Positions 25,438 through 39,050 of a stretch of DNA of 64,000 bases are shown here, in pieces (positions within the stretch are counted from its first letter, which is position 1; every line of letters begins with the position of its first letter). A program made the position numbers and the translations under genes. Below the pieces are notes generated by a model. The model saw only the letters and a list, made by a program, of their open reading frames with translations. It did no database searches and was not told where the DNA came from. Origin of the DNA: Squalus acanthias (taxonomy: Eukaryota); the NCBI GenBank assembly GCA_030390025.1, contig CM059432.1, forward strand, positions 125,614,001 to 125,678,000, given 5' to 3'.

Positions 25438-26986
25438 TACTTTTTAAATGCGATGAGGGTTTCTGCCTCTACCACCCACTCAGGCAGTGAGTTGCAGACC
25501 CCCACCACCCTCTGGGGGAAAAATGTTCTCCTCAACTCCCCTCTAATCCTTCTACCAATTACTTTAAATCTATGCCCCCTGGTTATTGACCTCTCTGCTA
25601 AGGGAAATAGGTCCTTCCTATCCACTCTATTTAGGCCCCTCATGATTTTATACACCTCAATTAAGTCTCCCCTCAGCCTCCTCTGTTCCAAAGAAAACAA
25701 CCTCAACCTATCTAATCTTTCATCATAGCTAAAATTTTCCAGTCCAGGCAACAACCTCGTAAATCGCCTCTGTACCCTCTCGAGTGCAATCACATCTTTC
25801 CTGTAATGTGGTGACCAGAAATGTACGCAGTACTCTAGCTGTGGCCTAACTAGTGTTTTATACAGTCCTAGCATAACCTCCCTGCTCTTCTATTCTATGC
25901 CTCGGCAAATAAAGGAAAGTATCGCGTATGCCTTCTTTACCACCTTATCTACCTGTCCTGCTACCTTCAGGGATCTGTGGACATGCACTCCAAGGTCCCT
26001 CTGTTCCTCTACACTTTTAAGTATCCAACTATTTACTGTGTATTCCCTTGCCTTGTTAGCCCTCCCCAAATGCATTACTGCACACTTCTCCGGATTGAAT
26101 TCCATTTGCTACTTTTCTGCCCACCTGACCAGTCCATTGATATCTTCCTGCAGTCTACAGCTTTTTCCCTCACTATCAACCACATGGCCAATTTTTGTAT
26201 CATCTGCAAACTTCTTAATCATGCCCCCTACATTGAAGTCTAAATCATTGATGTATACCACAAAAAGCAAGGGACCTAGTACTGAGCCCTGTGGAACCCC
26301 ACTAGAAACAGCCTTCCAGTCACAAAAACATCCGTCGACCATTACCCTTTGCTTCCTGCCACTGAGTCAATTTTGGATGCAACTTGTCACTTTCCCTTGG
26401 ATCCCATGGGCTTTTACTTTTCTGACCAGTCTGCTATGTGGGACCTTTTCAAAAGCCTTGCTAAAATCCATGCAGAGTACATCAAAAGCAATACCCTCAT
26501 CAACACTCCTTGATACCTCCTCAAAAAATTCAATCAAGTTAGTCAGACACGACTTTTCCTCAACAAATCCATATTGACTGTCCTTGATGAATCCGTGCCT
26601 TTCTAAATGATGATTAATACTGTCCCTCAGAATTTTTTTCCAATAATTTGCCCACCACCGAGGTTAGGCTGACTGGCCTGTAATTACTCGGTCTATCCCT
26701 TGCTCCATTTTTAAACAACGGTACAACAGTAGCAGTCCTCCAGTACCACACCTGCAGCCAGAGAGGATTGGAAAATGATGGTCAGAGCCTCCACTATTTC
26801 CTCGCTTGTTTCTCTTAATAGCCTGGGATACATTTCACCCAGGCCTTGCGACTTATCTCCTTTCAAAGATGCTAAACCCCTTAATATTTCCTCTCTCACT
26901 ATGTTTATCTCATCTAATATTTCACACACCTCCTCCTTAACTACAATGTCTGCATCGTCCCTCTCTTTTGTGAAGACAGACACAAA

Positions 26987-27724
26987 GGCTGCGATCTTAC
27001 CTGAGGAGGCGCGTTGGGAGCGGGACTACTGGTTTCCGGGTTCTAGTCCCACCCCAGCGACGTCTGACAAACAGATGTTATTTTCCCTTGATTGGCCTTG
27101 TTAAGCCCGCCCTGCGGGCTTGCTGGCTAATTAAGGGAAAGCCGGTGTCAGATGACGTCAGTGCATGACGCTTTATCTGCCAGTTTTCTTAAAGGGACAG
27201 GCCCCATAATTTTTTGACAGGTGAATTGTCAGTGTTTGACAGCATTGAGGTGCTGTCAAACACTGACAATCACTGTCCAGAGGTGAGCCCTTGCATCCAG
27301 GCTCACCAATGACTCTCTCCTTAGGAGAAAACAGATGGCAGCTGCATGTGAGATTGCAGAAGCCATCTGTCAATTCTCCCGATCAGATGAGGCTTCACAG
27401 AAACATGAAATCTTGTCACCTGCAGATACATATAAACAGAATAAAAATATTTCTCACTACATTCTCTCACTTGTCATACTTACCTGTGCACCATTGCACC
27501 CATCACACTACTTTTGCACACTTACACTGCAGCAGACCCACAGCTCGCCTCGCTGACCTGGCGGGATTTCCTACCGTTGGGAAGGCCGCATCGGCAGGCG
27601 GAAAATGGTGAAAAGCCTCTTAATTGCCTGTTAACTACCTGTTGGGACCCGCTCCCAATTTTTCCCATTTTCCCAGCAGTCCTGCCTCCAAACCCGCCTC
27701 CTCAGGGCTGGTAAAATCCAGCCC
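26987..27724 (+). mobile_element. Non-autonomous Harbinger-like element
   Basis: Imperfect TIRs ggctgcgatcttacc / gggctggattttacc, AAA TSD. Homologous to 28757-29535. Confidence 0.8.
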
Positions 27725-28239
27725 AAAGTATTCATTAAGAGCGATACCCACGTCTTCCGTCTCAACACACAGGTTACCTTTTTGGTTTCTAATAGTTCCT
27801 AGTCCTCTTTCTTTAGTTATCTCTTGTTCTTTATGTATTTATAAAACATAATTGTTTGAACTGTGGACTCATATTTAAGGCAAAAAGGCAAGATCCCAGA
27901 TGTAACAAAAGTAAATTGGACCAGGATGAACCAATGGAATGTCCGAGACAAGCAGGACCAAATAATGAATTAATAGTGATTTGCAATTCGAGATTATTCT
28001 TACTCTGTTAAATTTTTCTTTTGTATCTTTGCCTTCTGATTTAAGTAATCGTATGTGTGTAGATTTTTTTAATCATACAGTGCTTAGAGAAATTGTGCAC
28101 AATTACTAAACACAATTCGGTGAACTCACAAAGAGACAATGGGAACAAGATAAAACAATGGCACAAGCAATTAGAGGGATTACTTAAAGGAATGATAGGC
28201 AGATGGGGGATACTATAGCAGAACAAGGAGTGATTTAGT

Positions 28240-31200
28240 TAAGTCCGAAACTAGGGTCCTAAACCTGAACAAAGCAAACTATGTAGGTATGAGAGGCGAG
28301 TTGGCTAAGCTAGGTTGGGAAACTAGATTAAAAGATATGACAGTAGAAAAGCAATGGCAAACATTTAAAGAAATAATTCATAATTCGCAACGAATATACA
28401 TTCCCTTAAGAAATAAAAACACCATGGGAAAAATGGTCCAACTGTGGCTAACAAGAAAAATTAAAGATAGTATTAGATCAAAGGAAGAGGCTTATAATGT
28501 TGCCAAAAAGAGTAGTAAGGCTGAAGATTGGGAGGATTTTAGAATTCAGCAAAGGAGGACCAAGAAATTGATAAAGAAAGGGAAAATAGAATATGAGAGT
28601 AAACTAGCGAGAGACATAAAAACAGACTGTAAAAGCTTCTATAGGTATGTAAAAAGGAAAAGATTAGTGAAAGTAAACGTGTGTCCCTTACAGGCTGAGA
28701 CAGGAGAAATTATAATGGGGAATAAGGAAATGGCTGAGAAATTGAACAAATACTTTGGGGGGAATTTTATCAATGGGGGCACGTTGGGGGCGGGACTGCT
28801 GGTTGTCGGGTTTCAGTCCTGCCCCCAACGACGTCTGGCCAACCCATGCTATTTTCCCTTGATTGACCTTGTTAAGCCCGCCCTGTCGAAAATTTTTGAC
28901 AGATGAATTGTCATCGTTTGACAGCTTTGAGAAGCTGTCAAACACTGACAATCTCTGGTCTTTGGTGAGTCCTTGTACTCAAGACTCACCAAACCTCTTT
29001 CCTGAGCAGAAATCAGATGGCTGTTGCATCGGAGAATAGAGCAGCCACTCTGTCATCTCTGCTGTGAAGATGAGGAGCCTCCGGATCCCCAAGGGTTGAA
29101 GCCTGCAGGAAGAAACAAAGGTAAGGAAACTTTTTCTAACACTTTTCACTCACCTCCCATACTTACGTCTCCACACTTGCACCCATCACTCACCTCCACA
29201 GCGCACTTTTCGATCCCTCTCACCCCTGCAGACCCACTGCTCGCCTCGCTGACACTGGCGGAGTTTCCCCACGTCGGGAAGCCCGCACTTGTGTTGGTAA
29301 AATGGGGATAAGCCTCTTAACTGCCTGTTAACTACCTGTTAACAGGCAGTTAAGTGGCTGTAATCCCCTTCCCACCTCGAGGAGACGGGTCCCTGTGCGA
29401 GTCGGGGACCCGCCTCTCAGGAAGATGGCATGGAGGCAGGTTGGGAGCGGGTTTGGTACCCGCTCCCAGTTTCTGCCATTTTCCCGGCAGTCCCGCCTCC
29501 AAACCTGCCTCCCCAGGGCTGGCAAAATTCCCCCCTTTGTGTCTGTCTTCACGGAAGAAGACGCAAAAAATCTCCCGGAAATAGTGGAGAACCAAGGGTC
29601 TAGCGATAATGAGGAACTGAAAGAAATTAGTATTAGTAAAAAAATAGTACTGGAGAAATTAATGGGACTGAAAGCCGATAAATCCCCATGACCTGATGGC
29701 CTACATCCTAGGGTTTTAAAGAGGTGGCTATAGAGATAGTGGATGCATTAGTTGTCATCTTCCAAAATTCCATAGATTCTAGAACGGTTCCCACGGATTG
29801 GAAGGTAGCAAATGTAACCCCACTATTTAAGAAAGGAGGGAGAGAGAAAACGGGGAACTACAGACCAGTTAGCCTGACATCAGTAGTAGGGAAAATGCTA
29901 GAACTTATTATTAAGGACGTGGTAACAGGGCACTTAGAAAATAATAATAGGATTGGGCAGAGTCAACGCAGATTTATGAAAGGGAAATCATGTTTGACGA
30001 ATCTGTTAGAGTTTTTTGAGGTTGTAACTAGCAGAATAGATAAGGGGGAATCAGTGGATGGGGTGTATTTGGATTTTCAGAAGGCATTCGATAAGGTGCC
30101 ACACAAGAGGTTATTAAACAAAATTAGGGCTCATGGGATTGGGGGTAATATACTAGCATGGATTGAGGATTGGTTAACGGACAGAAAACAGAGTAGAGAT
30201 AAACAGGTCATTTTTGGGTTGGCAGGCTGTAACTAGTGGGGTACCGCAAGGATCAGTGCTTGGGCCTCAGCTATTCACAATCTATATCAATGATTTGGTA
30301 GAGGGGACCAAATGTAATATATCCAAGTTTGCTGATGATACAAAGCTAGGTGGGAATGCAAGATTGTGAGGAGGATGCAAAGAGGCTTCAAGGGGATATA
30401 GACAGGCTAAGTGAATGGGCAGGAACATGGCAAATTGGATATAATGTGGAGAAATGTGAAGTTATCCACTTTGGTAGGAAAAATAGAAAAGCAGAGTATT
30501 TTTTAAATGGTGAGAGATTGGGAAATGTTGGTGTTCAGAGGGACCTGGGTGTCCTTGTACACGAATCACTGAAAGTCAACATGCAGGTACAGCAAGCAAT
30601 TAGGAAAGCAAATGGTATGTTGGCCTTTATTACAAGAGGATTTGAGTATAAGAGTGAAGACATCTTACTGCAATTATATAGGGCCCTGGTGAGACCACAC
30701 CTGGAGTACTGTGTACAGTTTTGGTCTCCTTACCTAAGGAAGGATATACTTGCCATAGAGGGAGTGCAACGAAGATTCACCAGACTGGTTCCTGGGATGG
30801 GGGGATTGTCCTATGAGGAGAGATTGAGTAGACTAGGCCTATATTCTCTGGAGATTAGAAGAATGAGAGGTGATCTCATTGAAACATACAAAATTCTTAC
30901 AGGGCTTGACAGGGTAGATGCTGGGAGGATGTTTCCCCTGGCTGGGGAGTCTAGAACCAGGGGTCACAGTCTCAGAATAAGGGGTCAGCCATTTAGGACT
31001 GAGATAAGGAGAAATTTCTTCACTCAGAGGGTGGTGAATCTTTGGAATTCTCTACCCCAGAGGGCTGTGGAGACTCAATCGTTGAGTATATTCAAAACAG
31101 AGATCGCTAGATTTTTGGATATTAAGAGAATCAAGGGGTATGGGGATAGTGCAGGAAAGTGGAGTTGACGTAGAAGATCAGCCATTGAATGGTGGAGCAG

Positions 31201-31240
31201 GCTCGAGGGGCCAAATGGCCTACTCCTGCTCCTATTTCTT
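28240..31240 (+). mobile_element. Long 5'-truncated CR1 LINE (ORF2 with stops and frameshifts)
   Basis: ORFs 28289-28906, 29724-30236 and 30350-31168. KFADD near 30325. The 3' UTR is present. Confidence 0.92.
28757..29535 (+). mobile_element. Non-autonomous Harbinger-like element
   Basis: Perfect 12-bp TIR ggggggaatttt, TTT TSD. Removing it restores the CR1 reading KYFVSVFT. Confidence 0.88.
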
Positions 31241-31289
31241 AAGGAGATTCCCTGGTTTTAATAAAAGAAAAGGCAGAAAGGTTAGGACA

Positions 31290-31610
31290 GATGAACACAA
31301 TGTCAGGTTCCACATATACGCTGACGACACCCAGCTCTACCTCACCTCCATCTCTTTCAACCCCTCCACTGTCTCTGATTTGTCACACTGCTTGTCTGAC
31401 ATCCAATTCTGGATGAGCAGAAATTTCCTCGAACTTAATATAAGGAAGACCAAAGCCATTGTCTTCGGTTCCCGCCACAAACTAGCCTAGCCATCGACTC
31501 CATCCCTCTCCCTGGCAACTGTCTGAGGCTGAACCAGACTGTTCGGAACCTTGGTGTCATATTTGACCCTGAGTTGATCTTCCAACCATATATCCACTCC
31601 ATCAGGATTG
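31290..31610 (+). mobile_element. L2 LINE RT fragment
   Basis: HNVRFHIYADDTQLYL...WMSRNFLELNIRKTKAIVFG. Confidence 0.85.
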
Positions 31611-31635
31611 CCCTGGAGTCTTCAGGAATTAAAGA

Positions 31636-34150
31636 TGAATTACATAGGATTACATAGGATATACAGCACAGAAACAGGCCATTCGGCCCAACCAGTCCAT
31701 GCCGGTGTTTATGCTCCACTCGAGCCTCCTCCCGTCTTTCCTCATTTAACTCTATCAGCATGACCCTCTATTCCCTTCTCCCTCATATGCTTGTCTAGCC
31801 TCCCTTAAATGCATCAATGCTATTCGCTTCGACCACTCCCCGTAGTAGCGAGTTCCACATTCTCACAACCCTCTGGGTAAAGAAGTTTCTTCTGAATTCC
31901 CTATTTGATTTCTTGGTGACTATGTTATATTGCTTTTCCACACAAGTGGAAACACTCTCTCTGTGTCTACTCTATCAAAGCCTTTCATAATTTTAAAGAC
32001 CTCTATTAGGTCACCCCTCAGCTCTTACAAGAGAAAAGAGACCCAGTCTGTTCATCCTTTCCTGATATGTATAACCTCGCATTTCTGGTATCATCCTAGT
32101 AAATCTTTTCTGCACCCTCTCCAGTGCCTCTATATACTTTTTATAATATGGCGACCAGAATTGAACACAGTACTCCAAGTGTGGTCTAACCAAGGTTCGA
32201 TACAAGTTTAACATAACTTCACTACTTTTCAATTCTATCCCTCTAGAAATAAACCCTACTTAAATAAACTAGGATGGCCTGAGGGCACTCCGCTTCTTCC
32301 TTGAACAAAGGCCCAATCAGTCCCCATCCACCACCACCCTCCTCCGCCTGCCTGAACTTGTTCTCACATTGAACAACTTCTCCTTTGACTCCACTCATTT
32401 CCTCCAAATTAAAGATGTTGCTTTGGGAACCCGCATGGATCCTAGCAATGCCTGCCTTTTTGTGGGATATGTGGAACATTCTTTGTTCCAGTCCTACTCA
32501 GGTCCCCTCCCTCATCTCTTTTTCCAGTATATTGATGACTGTATCAGTGCCGTTTCCTGCTCTCGCCCTGAACTAGAAAATTTCATTTACTTTGCTTCCA
32601 ATTTCCTCCCTTCCCTCACCTTCACATGGTCCATCTCCGACTCTTCCCTTCCCTTCCTTTCCTCGACTTCTCTGTCTCCATTTCTGGGGATAGGCTAGCG
32701 ACAAACATCCACTGTAAGCCCACTGACTCCCACAGCTATTTGGACTACACTTCCTCCCACCCCGCTTCCTGTAAGGACTCTATTCCATTCTCCCAGTTTC
32801 TTGGTCTCTGTCGCATCTGTTCTGTCGATACCACCTTCCATACTAGTGCTTCCGACATGTCTTCCTTTTTCCTCAACAAAGGATTCCCCTCTACCGTGGT
32901 TGACATTGCCCTCGACTGTGTCTGTTCCATTTCCCGCACTTCTGCTCTCAGCCCTACCCCCTCCCTCCCAGAATCACGATAGGGTTCCCCTTGTCCTAAC
33001 CTTTCACCCCACCGATCTCCACATTCAACGGATCATCCTCCGCCATTTCCGCCACCTCCAGCGTGATCCCACCACCAAACACATCTTCCCCTCCCCTCCC
33101 CTTTCAACATTCCGAAAGGACCACTCCCTCCGCGACACCCTGGTCTACTCCTCTATCACCCCCAACACGCCCTCACCTTCCCACGGCACTTTCCTGTGCA
33201 AGCACAGGAGATGCAATACTGCTCTTTTACCTCCTCCCTTCCCACCGACCAGGGCCCCAAACACTCCTTCCAGGTGAAACAGCAATTTACTTGTACTTCT
33301 TGCAATTTAGTATACTGTATTCGCTGCTCACGATGCGGTCTCCTCTACATTGGGGAGATCAAACGCAGATTGGGTGTCCACTTTGCGGAACACCTCCATT
33401 CAGTCCGTAAGGGTGACCCCGAGCTTCCGGTTGCCTGTCACTTTAATTCTCCGCTCCACTCCCACTTTGACTTCTCTGTCCTCGGCCTCTTACACTGTTC
33501 CAATGAAGCTCAACGTAAGCTCGAGGAACAGCACCTCATCTTTCTAGGCACTTTACAGACTTCTGGACTCAACATCGAGTTCAACAATTTCAGACCATAA
33601 CCCCTGCCCCTATTTTTTCACATGGCAGCTGTTGATGATTCTGCTATTCACATTTACACCTCTTCCAGACCCATCTTTTGTTTCTTTACTTGTCCCATTA
33701 CCATCTCCTTTTGCTTTGTACTATCATCCCTTTTGTCATTTAATCTCTCCTGCCTTCCGTCCTATCACAGACCTTCCCTTTTGTTCTTTCCTCCCCCCAC
33801 TTTCCCTGCCCCTACACTTGCTTAAAATCTGTTACATCTCTAAATATTTCCAGTTCTAATGAAAGGTCATCGACCTGAAACATTAACTCTGTTTCTCTCT
33901 CCACAGATGCTGCCTGACCTGCTGAGCATTTCCAGCATTTTCTGTTTTAATTTCAGATTTCCAGCATCCGCAGTATTTTGCTTTTGAAATAAACCCTAGT
34001 GCTTGGTTTACCTTTTTTATGGCCTTGTTAACCTGTGTCGCTACTTTTAGTGATTTGCGTATTTGTACTCCGAGATCTCTTTGTTCCTCGACCCAACTTA
34101 AATTCGTATTTTCCAAGTAATACGTGACCTCCTTATTTTTCTTACTTTTC
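31636..34150 (-). mobile_element. CR1 3' fragment interrupted by a Penelope element
   Basis: ORF 32011-32232, continuing at 33986-34150 (EEQRDLGVQI...NQALGFIS). Confidence 0.85.
32259..33985 (+). mobile_element. Degraded 5'-truncated Penelope-like element (RT + GIY-YIG + pLTR)
   Basis: Frameshifted ORFs 32369-33600 are homologous to 56590-57819. 13-bp TSD gaaataaacccta (32246-32258, 33986-33998). Confidence 0.92.
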
Positions 34151-34929
34151 CAGAACACTGCTGCAAGCAACCCGGGAGAAAAACCATAGGGAATTTAAAA
34201 ACTTGTGTGCTTTTTTCATTTTCTTTGAAACCTTTTGTTGATTAGTGATAAAGATTATTGTAAATGGGGGGGAAAAAGGTTGTTTGATTGACGGTCAAGA
34301 ATTGTCCAATCAGGCGATGAAGTGTCTGTTCACTTTCCTATCAGTGTGCGGAGGCGGTGCACCGCGAGGATGGCTGTTTCAGACGACCAATGGCGGGCTG
34401 GTTGGAGGCTGGAGGTCATGCCATGAAATCACCAGCAATACACCTAAAATCAGATTTGGCAATCCTAGAGTCGCCTGCCAACATTTGCCATTCAGGGGCG
34501 GACTAGCCATGGAGGAAATCAGGGGGCTTCCCGAGTGCCGGCGTGTATGGTTCCGTAGCGCCGTATTATCGGCACCCTCCTCTTTCCGTGAGAATCCATT
34601 TCGTGGGAGCCAGTCCGCCCCTGTTTCCATTAACATTCACGCATGGGCGAAAGTCACCATCTTCAGAGAGGAGAGAAAAAAAACCCCTGCTCAGCAATGT
34701 TCCAAAGCACTTTGCACACAATGAATTATTCAAAATCATAGTCGGCAACCGTCTGTGTTCAAAGCAGACAGCCTGCTTTTTCAGGCACTGGCTGACTCTC
34801 ACTTGATAAAGTTTAGTAATTTACCTCTTCTGCTCACACAAAGAGGGAAATTGCTATGCTTTATTGAACGAGTGGCCATAGAGGGCAGTAGATGCTGCTG
34901 AAGATGCCATTAAAAGACCAAAGAGGTAC

Positions 34930-35026
34930 AGACGAAGGGTCATCGACCTGAAACGTTAACTCTGTTTCTCTCTCTACAGATGCTGCCTGACCTGCTGAGT
35001 ATTTCCAGCATTTTCTGTTTTTATTA
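34930..35026 (+). mobile_element. Solo Penelope pLTR fragment
   Basis: gacgaagggtcatcgacctgaaacgttaactctg...tttattac. Confidence 0.8.
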
Positions 35027-35692
35027 CAGAGCCCCTCTTCCTGTGTGGAGACCTGAAAACTGAAATTCGCTTCAAGAAATCAGGGATTGACATTATTAGT
35101 ACTAAATATAGTTCGGAACTGTTGCTGTGCAAGGTTGTCGCTGGGACTGGGCTTGACTAACTTCACGTTAGAATATAAGATTATGGATTAGAGCTAAGGA
35201 ATAAACCTTAATTAACGGACTGATCTTAGAAACAATTTTCCTCTTATCTTATTGTAAACCTCATACAGCTGACTATTGGTAGACATTTAAGGGCCTATAT
35301 TCCTTTCCCAGCACTATCTGTGAGCAATTAGTGCGGAGCTCACCAAAAATGTGCTCCACTGGGACCCAGAGCTCAGTGTCCGAACTAGCCCTCGGGCCAA
35401 TTAAAATAAAGAAGTCCCCATGTGGACATTCTTGGAGGCACAGTATTGACCGCAGCAATGATGACAGGAGGATGTTTGGGTGCCTTTTCGATCTTAAAAG
35501 CATAGTAATCATTAAAGGGGCAGTCACGGTTAAGCCCATGAGAGAACCAGTAGAATTTTGTTTTGCAGTTAATGGGGTAGGATTTTTATCTGGACATCTT
35601 ATGATGAAGAATGGTACGGTCTTAAATTAAACCATGCATATCAGAAGTTGTGAATTGCATGCCAGTGGTCTTCACATTTACTTAAAGTTTCT

Positions 35693-36722
35693 GGGGGTTA
35701 TTTTGGCCAAAGGGTGAAAACAGGCGCTAAATGGGTGCAGTGCTAATAAGACTAGCCTGTTTGAAAGTCTGGATTTAGCACACAACTTTGGCCCGAATTG
35801 CTGATTACCATAATTTGAATTTGCCTGGAGATCCTAAGTCAGACATCTGCAGGTTTAGCACTCAAGTGCTGATTAGACGCAATTTTGCTCTTCGCACCCA
35901 CTTCCACTGAAGGTGTAGATTGCTCTGGCTGGCACACAGCAGCACAGTTGCAGGATGGCTCAGGGACCGAGGGAGAGGGCGCACTGGTTCTCGGACGTGG
36001 CACTGGAGGTCCTGGTGGAGGATCCAGAGGGGGAGGGATGTCCTGTACCCGTGGAGGGGGAAGGACACCACCTCGCCCTCCTGTCCCTCTCTCCTGCAGC
36101 AGCTGGAGCTGCTCTGCCTGGCCTCATGTCCTCCTCCCATTCCTTGTCCAGACCAAGGGGGACTTCTAGCAAGATGCCCATGACCAAGCACTCCCTTTCT
36201 CCTGGTGACTCCTATAAGGTGTCCAATAAGGTGGAGTAGCACAGCACTTACTCTTTTTAGGTGAAGTCCTCAGTGAATTTCCAGAATAAATGTTGCTAGA
36301 ACGTTGGTGAAGTCTTGACAGAGTGTCCCAGAAAGTCTCCCGATGAGTTTCAGAAGTCTTCTTCACCGCTCCAGCAGCAAGTGAACATGAGAAGGTGATT
36401 ATCCTTTAAGTAGTGCTTGAAATCAACATCAACGGCGTGTTTACTCCCAAACAGCTGGTCGCTGTTAGGAGAGGCCGTTAGGCCACGCGCTAGCCATCAA
36501 AAAGCTGTGCAGCCTCCTTAATGAGCGCTAGCAGGCATGTTAAGTGATAATCAGCCCCTTAACGAGCCTCCGGGCAGGCTGTTCCTAGCACTGGCTTCAA
36601 CTCCTTTACCAAGATGTCATCCTGCGCTAAACACGGGCTAAACCGATGTTTCAGCTCTAGACCCCATCTTGGCCACCTCGGAAGCTCTTTAGCACCTGAA
36701 CGCACTGCCGAAAATTGCCCCC
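35693..36722 (+). mobile_element. Internally deleted Harbinger with Myb exon-1 stub
   Basis: TIRs gggggttattttggc / gggggcaattttcggc, TCT TSD. MAQGPRERAHWFSDVALEVLVE at 35955. Confidence 0.8.
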
Positions 36723-37934
36723 TCTATCTTTTGTGTTCATGCTGCTGTGCCATAGGGCGGGATGGCAGCAGCACCCAAGCAGCAGTCTTGGTGCCCTTGG
36801 AGGGAGCTGATAAGATAGCAGCACTGTGGTGCCAAGTAGTAGGTGGAGAAACAGGAAAAACAAGTGTGGGTATGAAGAATAATGGTGCAGGAATAGGAGG
36901 AAGCTGGTTTGACTGTGAGGGTTCTCTTTTTATTCCAGGTAAATGGAGACGATGAACAGTTCGGGCAAGAGGGGATATCTACTTTTTGGTAGGGAAACAG
37001 TTGTTGGTGGATCTAGCGAGTTCAAGGCAAATTACTTCAAGGGGGCTTGAGATCTGCCTCCAAATAAGTCATATTGCAGAATGGGGGGTTGCCAAAATGC
37101 TGAATAGAACCTGATGTAAGATAACTACTAGGCACTTGGTCTAAGTGTTAAACAAAGCTTTAATCAACTGTTTTTCAACATGGAGGTCTAGTTGTGTCCT
37201 TCACTAGTTCCTGTTAAGAATGTCCTGCGCAAGCTGGGCCCGTGCCCGAGTATTTATACTCTCCCTGGACAGCGCCACCCGCAGGCCACTCAGTGTTATT
37301 TCATAAGTCTTTCTTTCATGAATGACAGATTCATGTCAGAACCTTTCTCACTAAGTTAAAAAGACTAACAGCATTATGAAGCAAACAGCAAAATCCTTTT
37401 TTAATCCAAAAGGCCAAAAATAAAGATCTGTCTTAGCAATAACAGCATGCCCCTTAAGACATACAGGCCGTGAAATTCGGCCTGTAGCGCTCGGTTTTTC
37501 AGCCCTACGGGTGCCGTTTTGTGCCCAAAATGGCGTCCGCGCTGTGCGCGTACACTTCTGGTATGGGTCACGCAGAACGCCATTTTGGTGTGGGTGCTGG
37601 GAGCATGTGCGGGAAGTATGAAGAGTACACAGATCGTTACGTCAGTCAGCGTGTTACGCTGATTTGACGCCGGTGCTGCCATTTTCACCCTCAATGCTGC
37701 AGATAACCTCTCTTAAACACGCAGAGCTGAACATGCTTTCAGCAGCAGGAAGGACTCCCCACCAGTGCTGTTTAAAGGGACTTGCATGTGAGTTGCTGAT
37801 TGATTTTTATTGGTTCTTGGTGAGTTTGTAGAAGTGTTTGGTGGTATGCTATCTTACTTGAAGTTGCTGAAGTCTCCAGGGAGTGGTGTGGCGGGTTACT
37901 TCAAGGCTTCTGCTCAGACCAGTTGCTCCCAGAC

Positions 37935-39050
37935 ATGAGTGCTGCAGTTTGTATCCCCCTTGGTCTGCAGCATGAAAGGGAGAATGAGCAGTGGTGACAC
38001 AGAGCAGGACAAGCTGCTCGAAGCGGGAGGAGGAGGGGGCTCTCAGCAGGAGGTCATATCCACAAGGGTCTTCAGGGAGCTATTCTCCTACTTCAACCTC
38101 AGCAAGGAACAGCGTGTGTGATGTCTCCGCTTCATTAAGGAGATGTTCACTGAATTCTGCCACCTATTGCAGGCAGAACTGCAGCCTCAGAGTAGGGCAA
38201 GGATGGCATTGCCTGTGGCTGTGAGGGTGAGAGTTGCCATGAATTTATATGCGTCGGGCTCCTTCCAGGCTGGAGCAGGCGACATTTGCAACATCCCACA
38301 GTTCGCCATTCACTGTTGGATAAGGGAGGTCATTGAGGCTTTGTATGCAAAGAGAGGTGAATACATTTCATTCTTCTTGCCAGAGAGAAGCAGATGGAGC
38401 GAGCACACGTCTTCACCAGGATAGTAGGCTTCTCCATGGTACAGGGTGCCATTGACTGCGCACACATTGCTTTGCAGATGCCACATGTGAACTCGGAGAT
38501 GTACCCCAACCAGAAGGATTCCAGTCCCTCAATGTCCAGCTGGTGTGCGACCATACTCAGCGCATCATACAAGTCAATGCTTGGTATCCTGGCAGCAGCC
38601 ATGATGCCTTCATTCTGTAGCAGTCAGCTGTACAATCCGTTTTTCAGCCACCACGACAAACCAAAGGGTGGCGACTGGGCGACAAGGGCTATCCGTTGAC
38701 CACCTGGCTCATGACTCAGGTGCGCAACCCAACCGCACGTGGGCAGTATGCATAATACAAAAGCCATGGAGCCACACGGAATTTGAAAGAGCAAACCATT
38801 GGGGTCCTTAAACAACGCTTCCACTACCTGGAGCGCTATGGAGGAGCCATGCAGTACTCGCCAGAGCGCGTCTCAAGATTCGTCGTGGTCTGCTGCATGC
38901 TGCACAACCTCGCCATCATGAGGGCACAGCCCTTGCCATCAGGTATACGGTGAAGAACTGAGGAGCAGGAGGAACAGGAGGAGGAGGAAGGGAGGAGGCA
39001 ACCAACACAGTCCCTTTCTGGCCGGGCTGCACGAGATCAACTACCAGTAA
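37935..39050 (+). pseudogene. Harbinger transposase pseudogene
   Basis: [39 protein letters not shown] and VVVCCMLHNL, with several stops and frameshifts. Confidence 0.9.

Larger units (their letters stand above)
24923..27850 (-). mobile_element. CR1 LINE fragment carrying two MITE insertions
   Basis: ORFs 25368-25874, 25890-26105, 26109-26342 ([16 protein letters not shown]) and 26711-26983. Confidence 0.9.

Noticed and set aside
25897..26577. Long antisense ORFs over CR1, RTE and Harbinger (also 47018-47815 and 10428-11099)
   Set aside because: Shadow frames of transposon coding sequence.
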